Shown: one piece after another, positions 1-10,460 of the stretch
How positions within the stretch are numbered: position 1 is the stretch's first letter
Layout: each line of letters starts with the position of its first letter
From: an uncultured bacterium
GTDB taxonomy: Bacteria > SAR324 > NAC60-12
NCBI GenBank assembly: GCA_965662845.1
Contig: CBFIJD010000007.1
Location: 1-64,000 of the forward strand
DNA length: 64,000 nt
Direction: 5' to 3'
Made by a program: the position numbers and the translations under genes
The notes under the pieces: model-generated
What the model was told of the DNA's origin: nothing
The model's database searches: none
Seen by the model: the letters and a program-made list of their open reading frames with translations, nothing else

Positions 1-28
1 AACCGACGGTGAGACAAGGGAGGTGTGC

Positions 29-1393
29 TCAGCCGCGCAGACGCTCGGCGAGGTAGACGGCAGGATGGATCACACGCAACGGGAGCTTCGCTTCTCGGAC
101 GCCGGCGCGAATTTGGTAGAGACACCCTGGGTTGCCTGTGACAAGCGTCGTCGCTTTGGGATGAGCTTCCAACGTAGCGCGCACCGAGTCGATCTTGCGG
201 CCCAACACTTCTCCCGCCAGCTCAGGTTGCAACAAATTGTAGATGCCCGCTGAACCGCAGCACCAGTTGCTCTCCGTGAGAGGGACCAGCTTGACGCCGG
301 GGAGGCTGTTGACCAAGTTGCGCGGGTTGGTGTCGATCTTCTGAGCGTGCATCAGGTGGCAGGGCGCGTCGTAGAGCACGGTGTCTTCTTCGCTACGCCA
401 GTCGAGCTGCTGCACCTCCGACGGGTGTCGTGAGAGCAGCTCCAGAATGTCGATGACCTTCTCGCTGAAGCCATGCCAGTTCCGCATAGAACCCGCGTCC
501 CCTTTCGGGAAGAGATGGTGGTAGTCCTTCAGCTGAGCGCTACAGCCCGCTGCGTTCGTGACTACATAGTCAAAGTTGCTCGCCTCAAACGCCTCCAAAT
601 TATCCTGCGCCAGCCCTCGCGCCGTCTGTCGGTCGCCGCTGTGAACATGCAGCGCGCCGCAGCAGCCTTGTTCTTTCGGCACGACGACCTGATAGCCGAT
701 CGCTCTCAACAGCTTCAGCGTGCCTTCGTGGACGGCGGCTTCCGACACGTCCATTACACAACCTGTAAATAGCCCGACTGTCCCCAGAGGCGGCGTGTTG
801 GCCTGCGGCGTCAGCTCCTTATCGGCATACTTCATCTTGAACGAACGCCCCGAACAGTCTGGCAACAGATGCTGCTGGAACACAAAGGACTTCGGCAGAA
901 CTTTGCCAAGCGCCGTTTGGGTGATGAGCTGGGGCAAGCGGGTGAAGGCGTAGAGACGCAGCAGCTTGCTCGCGGTTGAGAGCAGCGTCGTAGAGCGGAA
1001 GAGCCCCTTCAGCAGCAGCGTGCGCAGCGCCGTCTCTTTTAAGCTCGGCTTCGAGGTCTCGTGAATCACGCCGCGCGCCTTCTCTAAAAGCTCACCATAC
1101 GGCACCCCTGACGGACACGCCGTCTCACAAGCGCGGCAGCCTAAGCAGCGATCCAGCGAGCCTTTGACCTCTTGGCTCAGGTCAATCTCGCCGTCATACA
1201 TGCCCCGCATCAGGTACAAGCGCCCACGCGGCGTCTCTTTCTCATCGTGTAGCTCGCGGTACGTTGGACAGCTGTCAAGGCACAGCCCGCAGTGCACGCA
1301 GGTCAAGATGTTGTCAAACTCGGTGGCTTTCAAGAGCTGCTGGATCGTCTCGCCCGACTTGCCGAGCGGCTTCTGAATCGTTGTGGTGGTCAT
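29..1393 (-). CDS. glcF: Glycolate oxidase iron-sulfur subunit
   Basis: Two 4Fe-4S motifs (CVHCGLCLDSCP, CLGCRACETACP) and two CCG domains (GCCGA, WCCGSAG); downstream of glcD/glcE. Confidence 0.85.
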   Translation of the reverse strand: MTTTTIQKPLGKSGETIQQLLKATEFDNILTCVHCGLCLDSCPTYRELHDEKETPRGRLYLMRGMYDGEIDLSQEVKGSLDRCLGCRACETACPSGVPYGELLEKARGVIHETSKPSLKETALRTLLLKGLFRSTTLLSTASKLLRLYAFTRLPQLITQTALGKVLPKSFVFQQHLLPDCSGRSFKMKYADKELTPQANTPPLGTVGLFTGCVMDVSEAAVHEGTLKLLRAIGYQVVVPKEQGCCGALHVHSGDRQTARGLAQDNLEAFEASNFDYVVTNAAGCSAQLKDYHHLFPKGDAGSMRNWHGFSEKVIDILELLSRHPSEVQQLDWRSEEDTVLYDAPCHLMHAQKIDTNPRNLVNSLPGVKLVPLTESNWCCGSAGIYNLLQPELAGEVLGRKIDSVRATLEAHPKATTLVTGNPGCLYQIRAGVREAKLPLRVIHPAVYLAERLRG

Positions 1394-2607
1394 GAGGCGC
1401 TCGCGGCAGAGAGTTGATAAAAGGGCGCGTGGAAGACGCCGGCAGGGTCTAAGTGCTTTTGCAAGCGCTGCGTGAAGGCATAGCCCGCCGGCTGCGCGAA
1501 CTCGCCCAACTCCGTGGGAGAGACCTCCGCGTGAGCGTGCGCAAGGACCATTTTTGCGGGCGTGCTGCGGAACAACGGCAGCGCCTCACGAAGAAATTCA
1601 CGCTGAGCTTCGGCGTCTGCGCTGTTGAGGAAGAAGTGCAAATCCGCTCCGACTGGATGCGCGACGGCGTGTAGGTTTTCGTGTCGCAGGGACTCGATTC
1701 GGATCGGACGCAGCGCGTCTCGCGTAGGCAACAAGACCATCAGGTGCAGGTGTGCCGGCGCGAGTTTCCACTCCGCGCGCAGCGCCTCGACCCAGCCTGT
1801 GTGGCGCGCGGTTCCGGGCAAGAAGCCCAGCTCTGGGCGGGTCTCTCCTTCCGGAAGTGTCGTCAGGCGGTTGTTGAAGAGCGCTTGCAGCTCTTTCTGC
1901 AGACGAGCGCGACGCTCCGAGTTGCCAGAGATGCCCACTCCGAGAATCCAGTCTTGCGAGGTTGCCTCAGCTGGCGTGAGCGCTTGGATCCAATCTACGG
2001 GCAAGCGTGACGCGTGCAACTCGGCGATGCCCAGCAGCCACGACGAGTCGCTGAAGCGAGCGAACATCCCGTGTGGCGCGACGACTTGCGGCGTGACCTT
2101 GAAATTCGCGGCGGTGATCACGCCGAGTCCGCCTTGGCTTCCCAGCATCATGCGGGGCAGATCGTAGCCGGTGACGTTCTTCACGACCTTGCCGCCAGCG
2201 TGGACGCGCTCTCCTCGTCCGTTGATGTATTGGATGCCGATGATGCAGTCTCGCAGGCCGCCCATGTTCAGCCGGTTTGGCCCGATGTCGTTGCAAGCCA
2301 GCAGACCGCCGACGCTGGAGTTGCCAAACCACGGATTGACTGGCAGCACCATGTTCTTCTGGCCGAGCAGCTGCTGTAGCTCCGCGACGCTGTGTCCGGA
2401 CTCGATGCCGACCACCATGTCATCAGGGTCAAAGAAGTTGACTTGCTTAAGGTTCGCTAGCGAGAGCGTGTCCTCAATCTGGTGGCCTGTTTTGGGCAAG
2501 AAGCGGTTGCTGCGTCCGCGCACGACGAAGGGCTGCTGGGACTCAATGCGGGCTTGAACCCAGCGTTGCGCCTCGTCGATGGAGTGGGGCTGGAAGGTCT
2601 GGCTCAT
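1390..2607 (-). CDS. glcE: Glycolate oxidase FAD-binding subunit
   Basis: GGKVVKNVTGYDL..GSQGGLGVI motif; start MSQTFQ overlaps the glcD stop (ATGA). Confidence 0.8.
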   Translation of the reverse strand: MSQTFQPHSIDEAQRWVQARIESQQPFVVRGRSNRFLPKTGHQIEDTLSLANLKQVNFFDPDDMVVGIESGHSVAELQQLLGQKNMVLPVNPWFGNSSVGGLLACNDIGPNRLNMGGLRDCIIGIQYINGRGERVHAGGKVVKNVTGYDLPRMMLGSQGGLGVITAANFKVTPQVVAPHGMFARFSDSSWLLGIAELHASRLPVDWIQALTPAEATSQDWILGVGISGNSERRARLQKELQALFNNRLTTLPEGETRPELGFLPGTARHTGWVEALRAEWKLAPAHLHLMVLLPTRDALRPIRIESLRHENLHAVAHPVGADLHFFLNSADAEAQREFLREALPLFRSTPAKMVLAHAHAEVSPTELGEFAQPAGYAFTQRLQKHLDPAGVFHAPFYQLSAASAS

Positions 2608-4079
2608 ACGGCGACTCCTGACTTGCGCGCGACCATCTTGGGCGCCGCGACTTCGCCAGAGACGCGCATGGGGCGTTTGGACTCCGAGCACTTGCCGGGC
2701 GAGGGGAGCGCCTTTGAGGGGTTGAGTAGGTTCTCAGGGTTGAAGCACTCGCGTACCCACGTCATGTTGGTCAGGTCTGCGTCGCTGTAGAGATCTTCCA
2801 TCAGCTTGCGCTTCTCCATCCCAATGCCGTGCTCGCCGGAGAGCGCGCCACCCGCTTCAAGGCACGCGCGCAAGATTTCTTCGCCGGCGTGGTGTGTGCG
2901 CTCGACCTCATCGGCGTCGGCATAGTTGTAGAGCACCAGCGGGTGCAGGTTGCCGTCGCCAGCATGGAAGACATTGGCCACCGTCAGGCCGTACTTCTCA
3001 CCGATGGCGTTCACCTTGTCGATCACCTCAGGCAGCTTGCTGCGCGGGATCACACCGTCTTGCACATAGTAGCTAGGGGAGATCTGTCCGATCGCGCCAA
3101 AGCTCTCCTTGCGCGCACGCCAGATGCGAGCGCGGGCGGCGTCATCTTTCGCGCGCTCAACCTTCTGAGCGCCGTTTTTCATCAGCAGCTCCTCGACGAA
3201 GGCCGCTTCGGTGTCAATGCCATCCACCAAGTCTTCCAGCTCCACAATCAGCACTGCCTCAGCGTCTTGTGGAAAGCCAGGCTTGAGCGCCGCCTCCACC
3301 GCACGGATCACGGTCTTGTCGATCAACTCCAGCGCCGCCGGCACGGTCCCGCTGCGAATAATGGCAGAGACCGCGTCACAGGCGCCTCGCACTGAGTCGA
3401 AGATCCCCAGCAGGGTGACCGCTTTTTCAGGGTTGGGCGTCAGGCGACAAGTCACCTTCGTGATGATCCCGAACGTGCCCTCAGAGCCATTGATCAGGCC
3501 GATCAGATCGGGCCCTGGCATGTTGTGAAAGTCGCCGCCCACTTCGAGGATTTCGCCATCGGGCAGCACCATCTCCAGCCCCAGCACATGGTTGACAGTC
3601 ACGCCGTATTTCAGCGTGTGCGGCCCGCCAGAGTTCTCGGCGACATTGCCGCCAATCGTGCAGGCTTTCTGCGAGGAAGGGTCTGGCACAAAGTGGAAGC
3701 CTTGCGGTCGCACCTGCTCGGAGATGCGCAGATTGATGACACCGGGCCCGACCGTGATCGTGCGGTTGGTGTAGTCCACGTCATGCACTTCTTTGAACCG
3801 CGCCATCTCGATGATGATGGTGTCTCCGTTGGGGACTGCGCCGCCCGAGAGCCCTGTTCCGGCACCTCGCGCCAAGAAGTTCAGCTTCTCGCGGTGCAAC
3901 ACTTTCACGACGCTCACCAACTCCGCGGTGTTCGCCGGATACACAATGCCCATCGGCTCAGAAGTGAACAGCGTCAGCCCGTCGCTGCGATAGGTGTAGA
4001 GAGTGACGTCGTCATCTTTGACCCACTTGGGACCACAGATGCGCGTAAGCTCTTCTCGGACGTGAGTTTGAAACGCCAT
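2604..4079 (-). CDS. glcD: Glycolate oxidase FAD-linked subunit
   Basis: ARGAGTGLSGGA, PDPSSQKACTIGGNVAENSGG, HAGDGNLHP and GEHGIG motifs; start set at MAFQTH. Confidence 0.9.
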   Translation of the reverse strand: MAFQTHVREELTRICGPKWVKDDDVTLYTYRSDGLTLFTSEPMGIVYPANTAELVSVVKVLHREKLNFLARGAGTGLSGGAVPNGDTIIIEMARFKEVHDVDYTNRTITVGPGVINLRISEQVRPQGFHFVPDPSSQKACTIGGNVAENSGGPHTLKYGVTVNHVLGLEMVLPDGEILEVGGDFHNMPGPDLIGLINGSEGTFGIITKVTCRLTPNPEKAVTLLGIFDSVRGACDAVSAIIRSGTVPAALELIDKTVIRAVEAALKPGFPQDAEAVLIVELEDLVDGIDTEAAFVEELLMKNGAQKVERAKDDAARARIWRARKESFGAIGQISPSYYVQDGVIPRSKLPEVIDKVNAIGEKYGLTVANVFHAGDGNLHPLVLYNYADADEVERTHHAGEEILRACLEAGGALSGEHGIGMEKRKLMEDLYSDADLTNMTWVRECFNPENLLNPSKALPSPGKCSESKRPMRVSGEVAAPKMVARKSGVAV

Positions 4080-4187
4080 GGTTACCCCCTGATTGTAAAT
4101 GCGCACGGCCGTGCGCCCGTACTTTGGTTGATTGTTCAATAAAAAGTGTCTAATCTTTGATGCTTCTGTTCAGGTTGTCAAATGGAA

Positions 4188-4204
4188 AAGTGGCCTGACC
4201 AATT
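4188..4204. promoter_or_regulatory. FadR-subfamily (GlcC/LldR/PdhR-type) operator
   Basis: AAGTGGCCTGACCAATT resembles the AATTGGnnnnACCAATT palindrome; lies between divergent glcD and the regulator. Confidence 0.7.
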
Positions 4205-4228
4205 TTTGAGCACTCTCCGAGAACCGCT

Positions 4229-4927
4229 ATGCAACTCAAGGCGATCCAATCTCAGCGCCTCTTTGAACAAGTCGCCCGCCAACTCACTGGGTTGATTCGC
4301 TCTGGAGAGATCCCCGTCGGAAGCCGCCTGCCTCCGGAGCGGGATCTGTCTAAGCAGCTTGGGGTGAGCCGCCCGACCGTCCGTGAAGCGATGATCGCTT
4401 TGGAGCTCGCTGGGCTGGTCGAAGTGCGCGTCGGTTCGGGGATCTTTGTCGTCGCCGACTGTCCCACCGAGGGACCCGTCATCGGCGGGAGCGCGATCGC
4501 AGGGCCAAGCCCTTCAGAGCTGATTGAAGCGCGCTATGAAGTGGAGCGCGTCAACGCGGGGTTGGCCGCCGAGCGCCTCTCGAACGACACGCTCGACGAG
4601 CTGGCCGCGACCATCCAAGAGATGCAGGCTGAGAACATCGCCGGAGCCAACGGAGATCGCCGCTTTCACCTGCTCATTGCCGAAGCAACGCAAAACCGCG
4701 CGCTGCTCGCAATGACTGAGTATTTATGGAATCAAACGCAGCAATCGCCGATGTGGAAGCGTCTGCAAGAGAAAGCCTGGGGGGCGGAGATGTCGGACAC
4801 TTTTTTAGACGACCACCGCCGCCTGTTGGACGCGCTGCAGCGGCGTGACGCCGAGCAAGCGCGCGGGATCATGGGCGAGCACATCCAGCAAGTGCGCAAG
4901 CTGTATTTTGATCTGGAGGAGCGCTAA
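4229..4927 (+). CDS. GntR/FadR-family transcriptional regulator (GlcC-like)
   Basis: N-terminal wHTH (GSRLPPERDLSKQLGVSRPTVREA) plus FCD domain (DRRFH...ATQN). Confidence 0.9.
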   Translation: MQLKAIQSQRLFEQVARQLTGLIRSGEIPVGSRLPPERDLSKQLGVSRPTVREAMIALELAGLVEVRVGSGIFVVADCPTEGPVIGGSAIAGPSPSELIEARYEVERVNAGLAAERLSNDTLDELAATIQEMQAENIAGANGDRRFHLLIAEATQNRALLAMTEYLWNQTQQSPMWKRLQEKAWGAEMSDTFLDDHRRLLDALQRRDAEQARGIMGEHIQQVRKLYFDLEER

Positions 4928-5018
4928 GCGCGGCGGTTCTACGACAAATTGCACGGACTTCTCACGGGAAATTCCTCCACGGAGAACTCACGGCCAACGT
5001 GTTTTCAAGGAGACTACG

Positions 5019-5639
5019 ATGTCACAGTGGGATGTTCTCGCCGACAATCTCGCAACTCGCGGGTGGGACTATTGCGACCAGTGGCTCCCAGAACCAGTCG
5101 TACAAGCGCTGGCCGACGAAGCACAGCGGCTGTGGGAAGACGGAGCCTTTCGCAAGGCGTGGATCGGCCGAGGCGCCAAAGAGCAGGAGCGACCTCAAGT
5201 GCGCGGCGATCATATCTTTTGGTGGGATGCCGACGGTGATTCCCGAGCGCAACAGCACTATGCACAACGCTTAGAGCGACTCCTGCACTGGCTCAATCGG
5301 GAGCTGTTTCTGAACCTCGCTACTTACGAGACCCACTACGCGACCTACCCTCCCGACACGCGCTACCAGCGGCACTTCGATCGCTTCCAAGACGCGCCGG
5401 AGCGCACCATCTCCACCGCATTCTATTTGAACTCAGACTGGACGGAGAAAGAAGGTGGTCAACTCCGGCTGCATGTTTCCCCTGAACCGATTGATTTGCT
5501 GCCCACGCGAAATCGCCTCGTCCTCTTTCGCAGCGCAGATATCGAACATGAGGTGCTGCCCGCAACGCGTTGCCGCTTCAGCATCACAGGTTGGCTGCGT
5601 CGTCGTCCGGCGTTACCTGTCCCCGTCACCGTCCGCTAA
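5019..5639 (+). CDS. 2OG-Fe(II) oxygenase, SM-20/EGL-9 (PHD-like) family
   Basis: VRGDHIFW, HFD...HEV...RFSITGW motifs; RBS AAGGAG before ATG 5019. Confidence 0.8.
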   Translation: MSQWDVLADNLATRGWDYCDQWLPEPVVQALADEAQRLWEDGAFRKAWIGRGAKEQERPQVRGDHIFWWDADGDSRAQQHYAQRLERLLHWLNRELFLNLATYETHYATYPPDTRYQRHFDRFQDAPERTISTAFYLNSDWTEKEGGQLRLHVSPEPIDLLPTRNRLVLFRSADIEHEVLPATRCRFSITGWLRRRPALPVPVTVR

Positions 5640-5709
5640 TTTTCATTTTTCAGCGACTCTTGCACAGAATCTGCAGAATTAGAATTTTCCAATCATTTCA
5701 GGAGGTTCT

Positions 5710-6156
5710 ATGCGACGCAAATTCTGGCTGCTCTGCTTTGTTTTGTCTTTTTTATATCCTTTTTCAGTCGGCGCGAAAAATGAAAACTTTGGCAACTTTC
5801 CGGCTGTGAAGTATGTGCGTAACTACGATGGAGACACCGTGACTATCAACATTGCGGGAGTTCATCCGCTGTTGGGAGAGAACATCGCGGTGCGCATTCG
5901 TGACATCGACACACCGGAGATTCGCACTAAGTGCAAACGCGAGAAAGCATTAGGGCGCAACGCGAAACGGCTGGTCACCTCTCTGCTGAAGAACGCAAAG
6001 ACCATTGAACTGCGCAACGTCAGCCGCGGGAAGTACTTCCGCATTGTGGGAGACCTCATCGCAGACGGTAAAAATGTCGGTGACATACTCGTCAAAAACA
6101 AACTCGCCGTGCGCTACGACGGAGGCAAGAAAACCTTTGACTGGTGCAAAGCCTGA
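5710..6156 (+). CDS. Secreted thermonuclease (SNase-like)
   Basis: Signal peptide; YDGDT, RIRDIDTPE, GKYFR motifs; RBS GGAGG. Confidence 0.85.
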   Translation: MRRKFWLLCFVLSFLYPFSVGAKNENFGNFPAVKYVRNYDGDTVTINIAGVHPLLGENIAVRIRDIDTPEIRTKCKREKALGRNAKRLVTSLLKNAKTIELRNVSRGKYFRIVGDLIADGKNVGDILVKNKLAVRYDGGKKTFDWCKA

Positions 6157-6183
6157 GGCTCGGTCTTCCGCTCTCCTCCCGTT

Positions 6184-6209
6184 GAGCGAGAGGGCTCGGT
6201 CTCTCGCTC
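6184..6209 (+). terminator. GC-rich hairpin after the nuclease gene
   Basis: GAGCGAGAG-N8-CTCTCGCTC perfect 9-bp stem followed by a pyrimidine tract. Confidence 0.45.
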
Positions 6210-6248
6210 CCTCTCTTCCTGTGTTTCTGTGGAACTCACCCATTCAAA

Positions 6249-6275
6249 TTAGCACTCACCCTTGATCAGTGCTAT
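6249..6275 (+). promoter_or_regulatory. CIRCE element 1 (HrcA operator)
   Basis: TTAGCACTC-N9-CAGTGCTAT versus consensus TTAGCACTC-N9-GAGTGCTAA. Confidence 0.85.
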
Positions 6276-6282
6276 TTTCCTC

Positions 6283-6311
6283 TTGATTTCTGAACCAGCC
6301 TTCGTTAGCTT
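6283..6311 (+). promoter_or_regulatory. Sigma70-type promoter of groESL
   Basis: TTGATT-N17-TAGCTT between the two CIRCE elements. Confidence 0.6.
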
Positions 6312-6312
6312 T

Positions 6313-6339
6313 TTAGCACTCACCTGAGTTGAATGCTAA
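6313..6339 (+). promoter_or_regulatory. CIRCE element 2 (HrcA operator)
   Basis: TTAGCACTC-N9-GAATGCTAA, 17/18 match to consensus. Confidence 0.9.
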
Positions 6340-6386
6340 TACGGCACTCACTCTCACGACCAACCTTTTGTTCATAAAGGAGAACT

Positions 6387-6668
6387 ATGATTCGTCCCCT
6401 GCAAGATCGTATCTTGGTTAAGCGTATTGAAGCCGAAGAAAAGACTTCTGGCGGCATCATCATCCCAGACACCGCGAAAGAGAAGCCGCAGGAAGGCGAA
6501 ATTGTCGCAGTTGGTAAAGGCAAGCGCCTCGACAATGGCAACGTCGTTGAGCCAGATGTGAAAGTTGGTGACAAAGTATTGTTCAGCAAGTACGGCGGAA
6601 CTGAAGTGAAAGTTGACGGCCAAGACTACCTCATCATGCGTGAAGACGACATTCTCGGCGTTATCTAA
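6387..6668 (+). CDS. groES: Co-chaperonin GroES
   Basis: [12 protein letters not shown]...[16 protein letters not shown]. Confidence 0.98.
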   Translation: MIRPLQDRILVKRIEAEEKTSGGIIIPDTAKEKPQEGEIVAVGKGKRLDNGNVVEPDVKVGDKVLFSKYGGTEVKVDGQDYLIMREDDILGVI

Positions 6669-6721
6669 GCATCTTCCTCGTTACAAACTCCTCCTAACTA
6701 ACCAAATCATAAGGAAATTGA

Positions 6722-8374
<1,653 letters not shown>

Positions 8375-8426
8375 TTCTGACCTGAACGCCGGAGGCGTCA
8401 GCCTCCACACTCCTGTTCGGTATCGC

Positions 8427-8462
8427 AAAGGTGATCTGTCGCAAGGCAGGTCGCCTTTTTTT
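8427..8462 (+). terminator. Rho-independent terminator of groESL
   Basis: AAGGTGATCTGTC-GCAA-GGCAGGTCGCCTT stem (with G-U pairs) and GNRA loop, followed by a T run. Confidence 0.85.
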
Positions 8463-8537
8463 GTGTCTACTTCTCTGAGTTATGGCACGATATTGGCCTC
8501 CTGAGTCCTTCTCTTCAACCTCAAGAACAAGCCCGCC

Positions 8538-9503
8538 ATGAGCTCCATTCAACAGCAAATCCTCGAAGTCCAGCAACATCTGAACGAGGCGGTGATCGGT
8601 CAAACGCACCTCACCGAACGCATCCTCATCGCCTTGCTCGCCAATGGACATTTGCTGGTGGAAGGCGCTCCCGGCCTCGCGAAGACTCGCACGATTCGTA
8701 AAGTCGGCGAGCTGCTCGAGTGTGATTTTCATCGCATCCAGTTCACGCCGGATCTGCTCCCTGCCGACATCACTGGGACCGAGATCTATCGCCCGCAAGA
8801 TGGCAGCTTCCATTTTCAGCAAGGCCCAGTGTTCCATAACCTTGTGCTGGCCGACGAGATCAACCGCGCGCCGGCCAAGGTTCAGTCCGCACTGCTCGAA
8901 GCGATGGGCGAGCGTCAGGTCACTGTCGGACGAGAGACTTACCAATTACCGGAATTGTTTTTGGTCATGGCGACGCAAAACCCGCTGGAGCAAGAGGGGA
9001 CCTATCCGCTACCAGAGGCCCAGCTTGACCGCTTTTTGATGATGGTTCTCGTGGATTATCCAGAGGCCGCAGACGAGCTGCGCATCCTGCAACTCACGCG
9101 TGAGGAAGCCTCGACCTCTGCTCCTGCGACGCCATTGGCACCGTTGCCACAAACGACGGTCTTCGCGGCGCGTCAAGAAATTCTTGGGTTACACATGTCT
9201 CCTGAATTAGAGCGCTATCTCGTCGAGATCGTCCTCGCGACGCGCAAGCCGGAGACACACCTCAAGGCCCTGACGGGAAAAATTCAGCTAGGAGCCAGCC
9301 CGCGGGGCACGATCGCGTTAGACGTTTGTGCGAGGGCAAGAGCTTGGCTGCGAGAACGAGACTTTGTGACGCCAGATGACATCCAAGACGTTTGCGCGGA
9401 TGTGCTACGACATCGGCTGATCTTGAGCTATGAGGCTGAAGCGGAGGGAATGCGCGCAGATGATGTTCTGGAGCGGCTACTCCGGAGTATCCCGGTTCCT
9501 TAG
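8538..9503 (+). CDS. MoxR-family AAA+ ATPase
   Basis: GHLLVEGAPGLAKT, RIQFTPDLLPADITG, LADEINRA, ATQNP, LPEAQLDRF, GASPR. Confidence 0.95.
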   Translation: MSSIQQQILEVQQHLNEAVIGQTHLTERILIALLANGHLLVEGAPGLAKTRTIRKVGELLECDFHRIQFTPDLLPADITGTEIYRPQDGSFHFQQGPVFHNLVLADEINRAPAKVQSALLEAMGERQVTVGRETYQLPELFLVMATQNPLEQEGTYPLPEAQLDRFLMMVLVDYPEAADELRILQLTREEASTSAPATPLAPLPQTTVFAARQEILGLHMSPELERYLVEIVLATRKPETHLKALTGKIQLGASPRGTIALDVCARARAWLRERDFVTPDDIQDVCADVLRHRLILSYEAEAEGMRADDVLERLLRSIPVP

Positions 9504-10249
9504 CAATCGGAGTTATTCAAATCACCCAGATAATGCTGAAACAAGGTCACGACGGAGATCGCGGCCGTCTCTGTGCGTAAAATCCGCGGACCGAGTGAGT
9601 AGAACCTTGCGCCACGCTCTTGAGCGAACGCTAGCTCCGCCGTGTGCCAGCCGCCTTCGGGGCCCACCCACAGACAATGGGGAGGCGCGGGCGCTCCAGT
9701 TGTCAGAAGGTTCCAGCGCTGGCCTAGTGGCAAAGGCGCAAACCAAGTGTGAAGCGCGTCTGCGGAGCAGGAGTCCCACGCGTGCTCTAGCGAAGCAAAC
9801 CAGGAAATTTCAGGGGGGAATTGCCGTCCTGACTGTTTGCAGGCTTCCAGCGTGATGCGTTCCCAGCGCTGTCGTTGGGTGGGTGTGGGTTCGGCCACTT
9901 TGCCGCTGGAGAAGCTGCCATGAAACAGCGTGAGTTGGGTCACTCCCAGCTCGGTCGTCTTCTGGAGAATCAGCTCGAGGGCTTTCTCTTTGGGGATCGC
10001 TTGACACAAGGTGAGCAATAAGGGTGAAGCAGGAGGCACACTAAGCTCGGCTGTCACTTGCACGGTCACTGCGCGTCGACTGGTAGACGTCACGAGGACG
10101 GCAAACCGCCTTCCAGCCGCGTCCTGTAACTGTAACTTGTCACCGACTTGCGTGCGGCGCGCCTGCAAGACATGACGAGCTTCTTCTCCGTCAAGCGTGG
10201 CTTCTTCATCCAAGCGCAGTTCACCAGCAAAATAGAAGTAAGACGCCAT
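9500..10249 (-). CDS. rsmE: 16S rRNA m3U1498 methyltransferase
   Basis: EACKQSGR, VGPEGG, LGPRILRTETAA; start set at MASYFY. Confidence 0.9.
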   Translation of the reverse strand: MASYFYFAGELRLDEEATLDGEEARHVLQARRTQVGDKLQLQDAAGRRFAVLVTSTSRRAVTVQVTAELSVPPASPLLLTLCQAIPKEKALELILQKTTELGVTQLTLFHGSFSSGKVAEPTPTQRQRWERITLEACKQSGRQFPPEISWFASLEHAWDSCSADALHTWFAPLPLGQRWNLLTTGAPAPPHCLWVGPEGGWHTAELAFAQERGARFYSLGPRILRTETAAISVVTLFQHYLGDLNNSDC

Positions 10250-10349
10250 TTGGAATGACTTTTGATGTGGTAGGGCGTTGCTTGCAGCAAAAAATGGAGG
10301 ACGCCAACCGGAAGTGCACCGAGGAGGCGCGTCCGGCATGGAGAGGAGG

Positions 10350-10460
10350 TTACAGTCCTTTGCGGATCAGTACTTCCATTGGTGTCAAGCGATGCTTGCA
10401 CTTGCGTCGCTTGTACAGTCGTTGTGTGGGCAGCAAGTAACGTTTGGGTGTCGTCTTCAT
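10350..10460 (-). CDS. Putative 36-aa basic small protein
   Basis: MKTTPKRYLLPTQRLYKRRKCKHRLTPMEVLIRKGL with RBS GAGGT upstream; no family recognised. Confidence 0.5.
   Translation of the reverse strand: MKTTPKRYLLPTQRLYKRRKCKHRLTPMEVLIRKGL

Noticed and set aside
5640..6156. AT-richer thermonuclease gene as a mobile element or prophage remnant
   Set aside because: No integrase, transposase, terminal repeats or target duplication nearby
10350..10460. 36-aa basic peptide as ribosomal protein bL36 or a type I toxin
   Set aside because: It lacks the bL36 sequence pattern and has no hydrophobic helix typical of type I toxins; kept only as an unknown small protein
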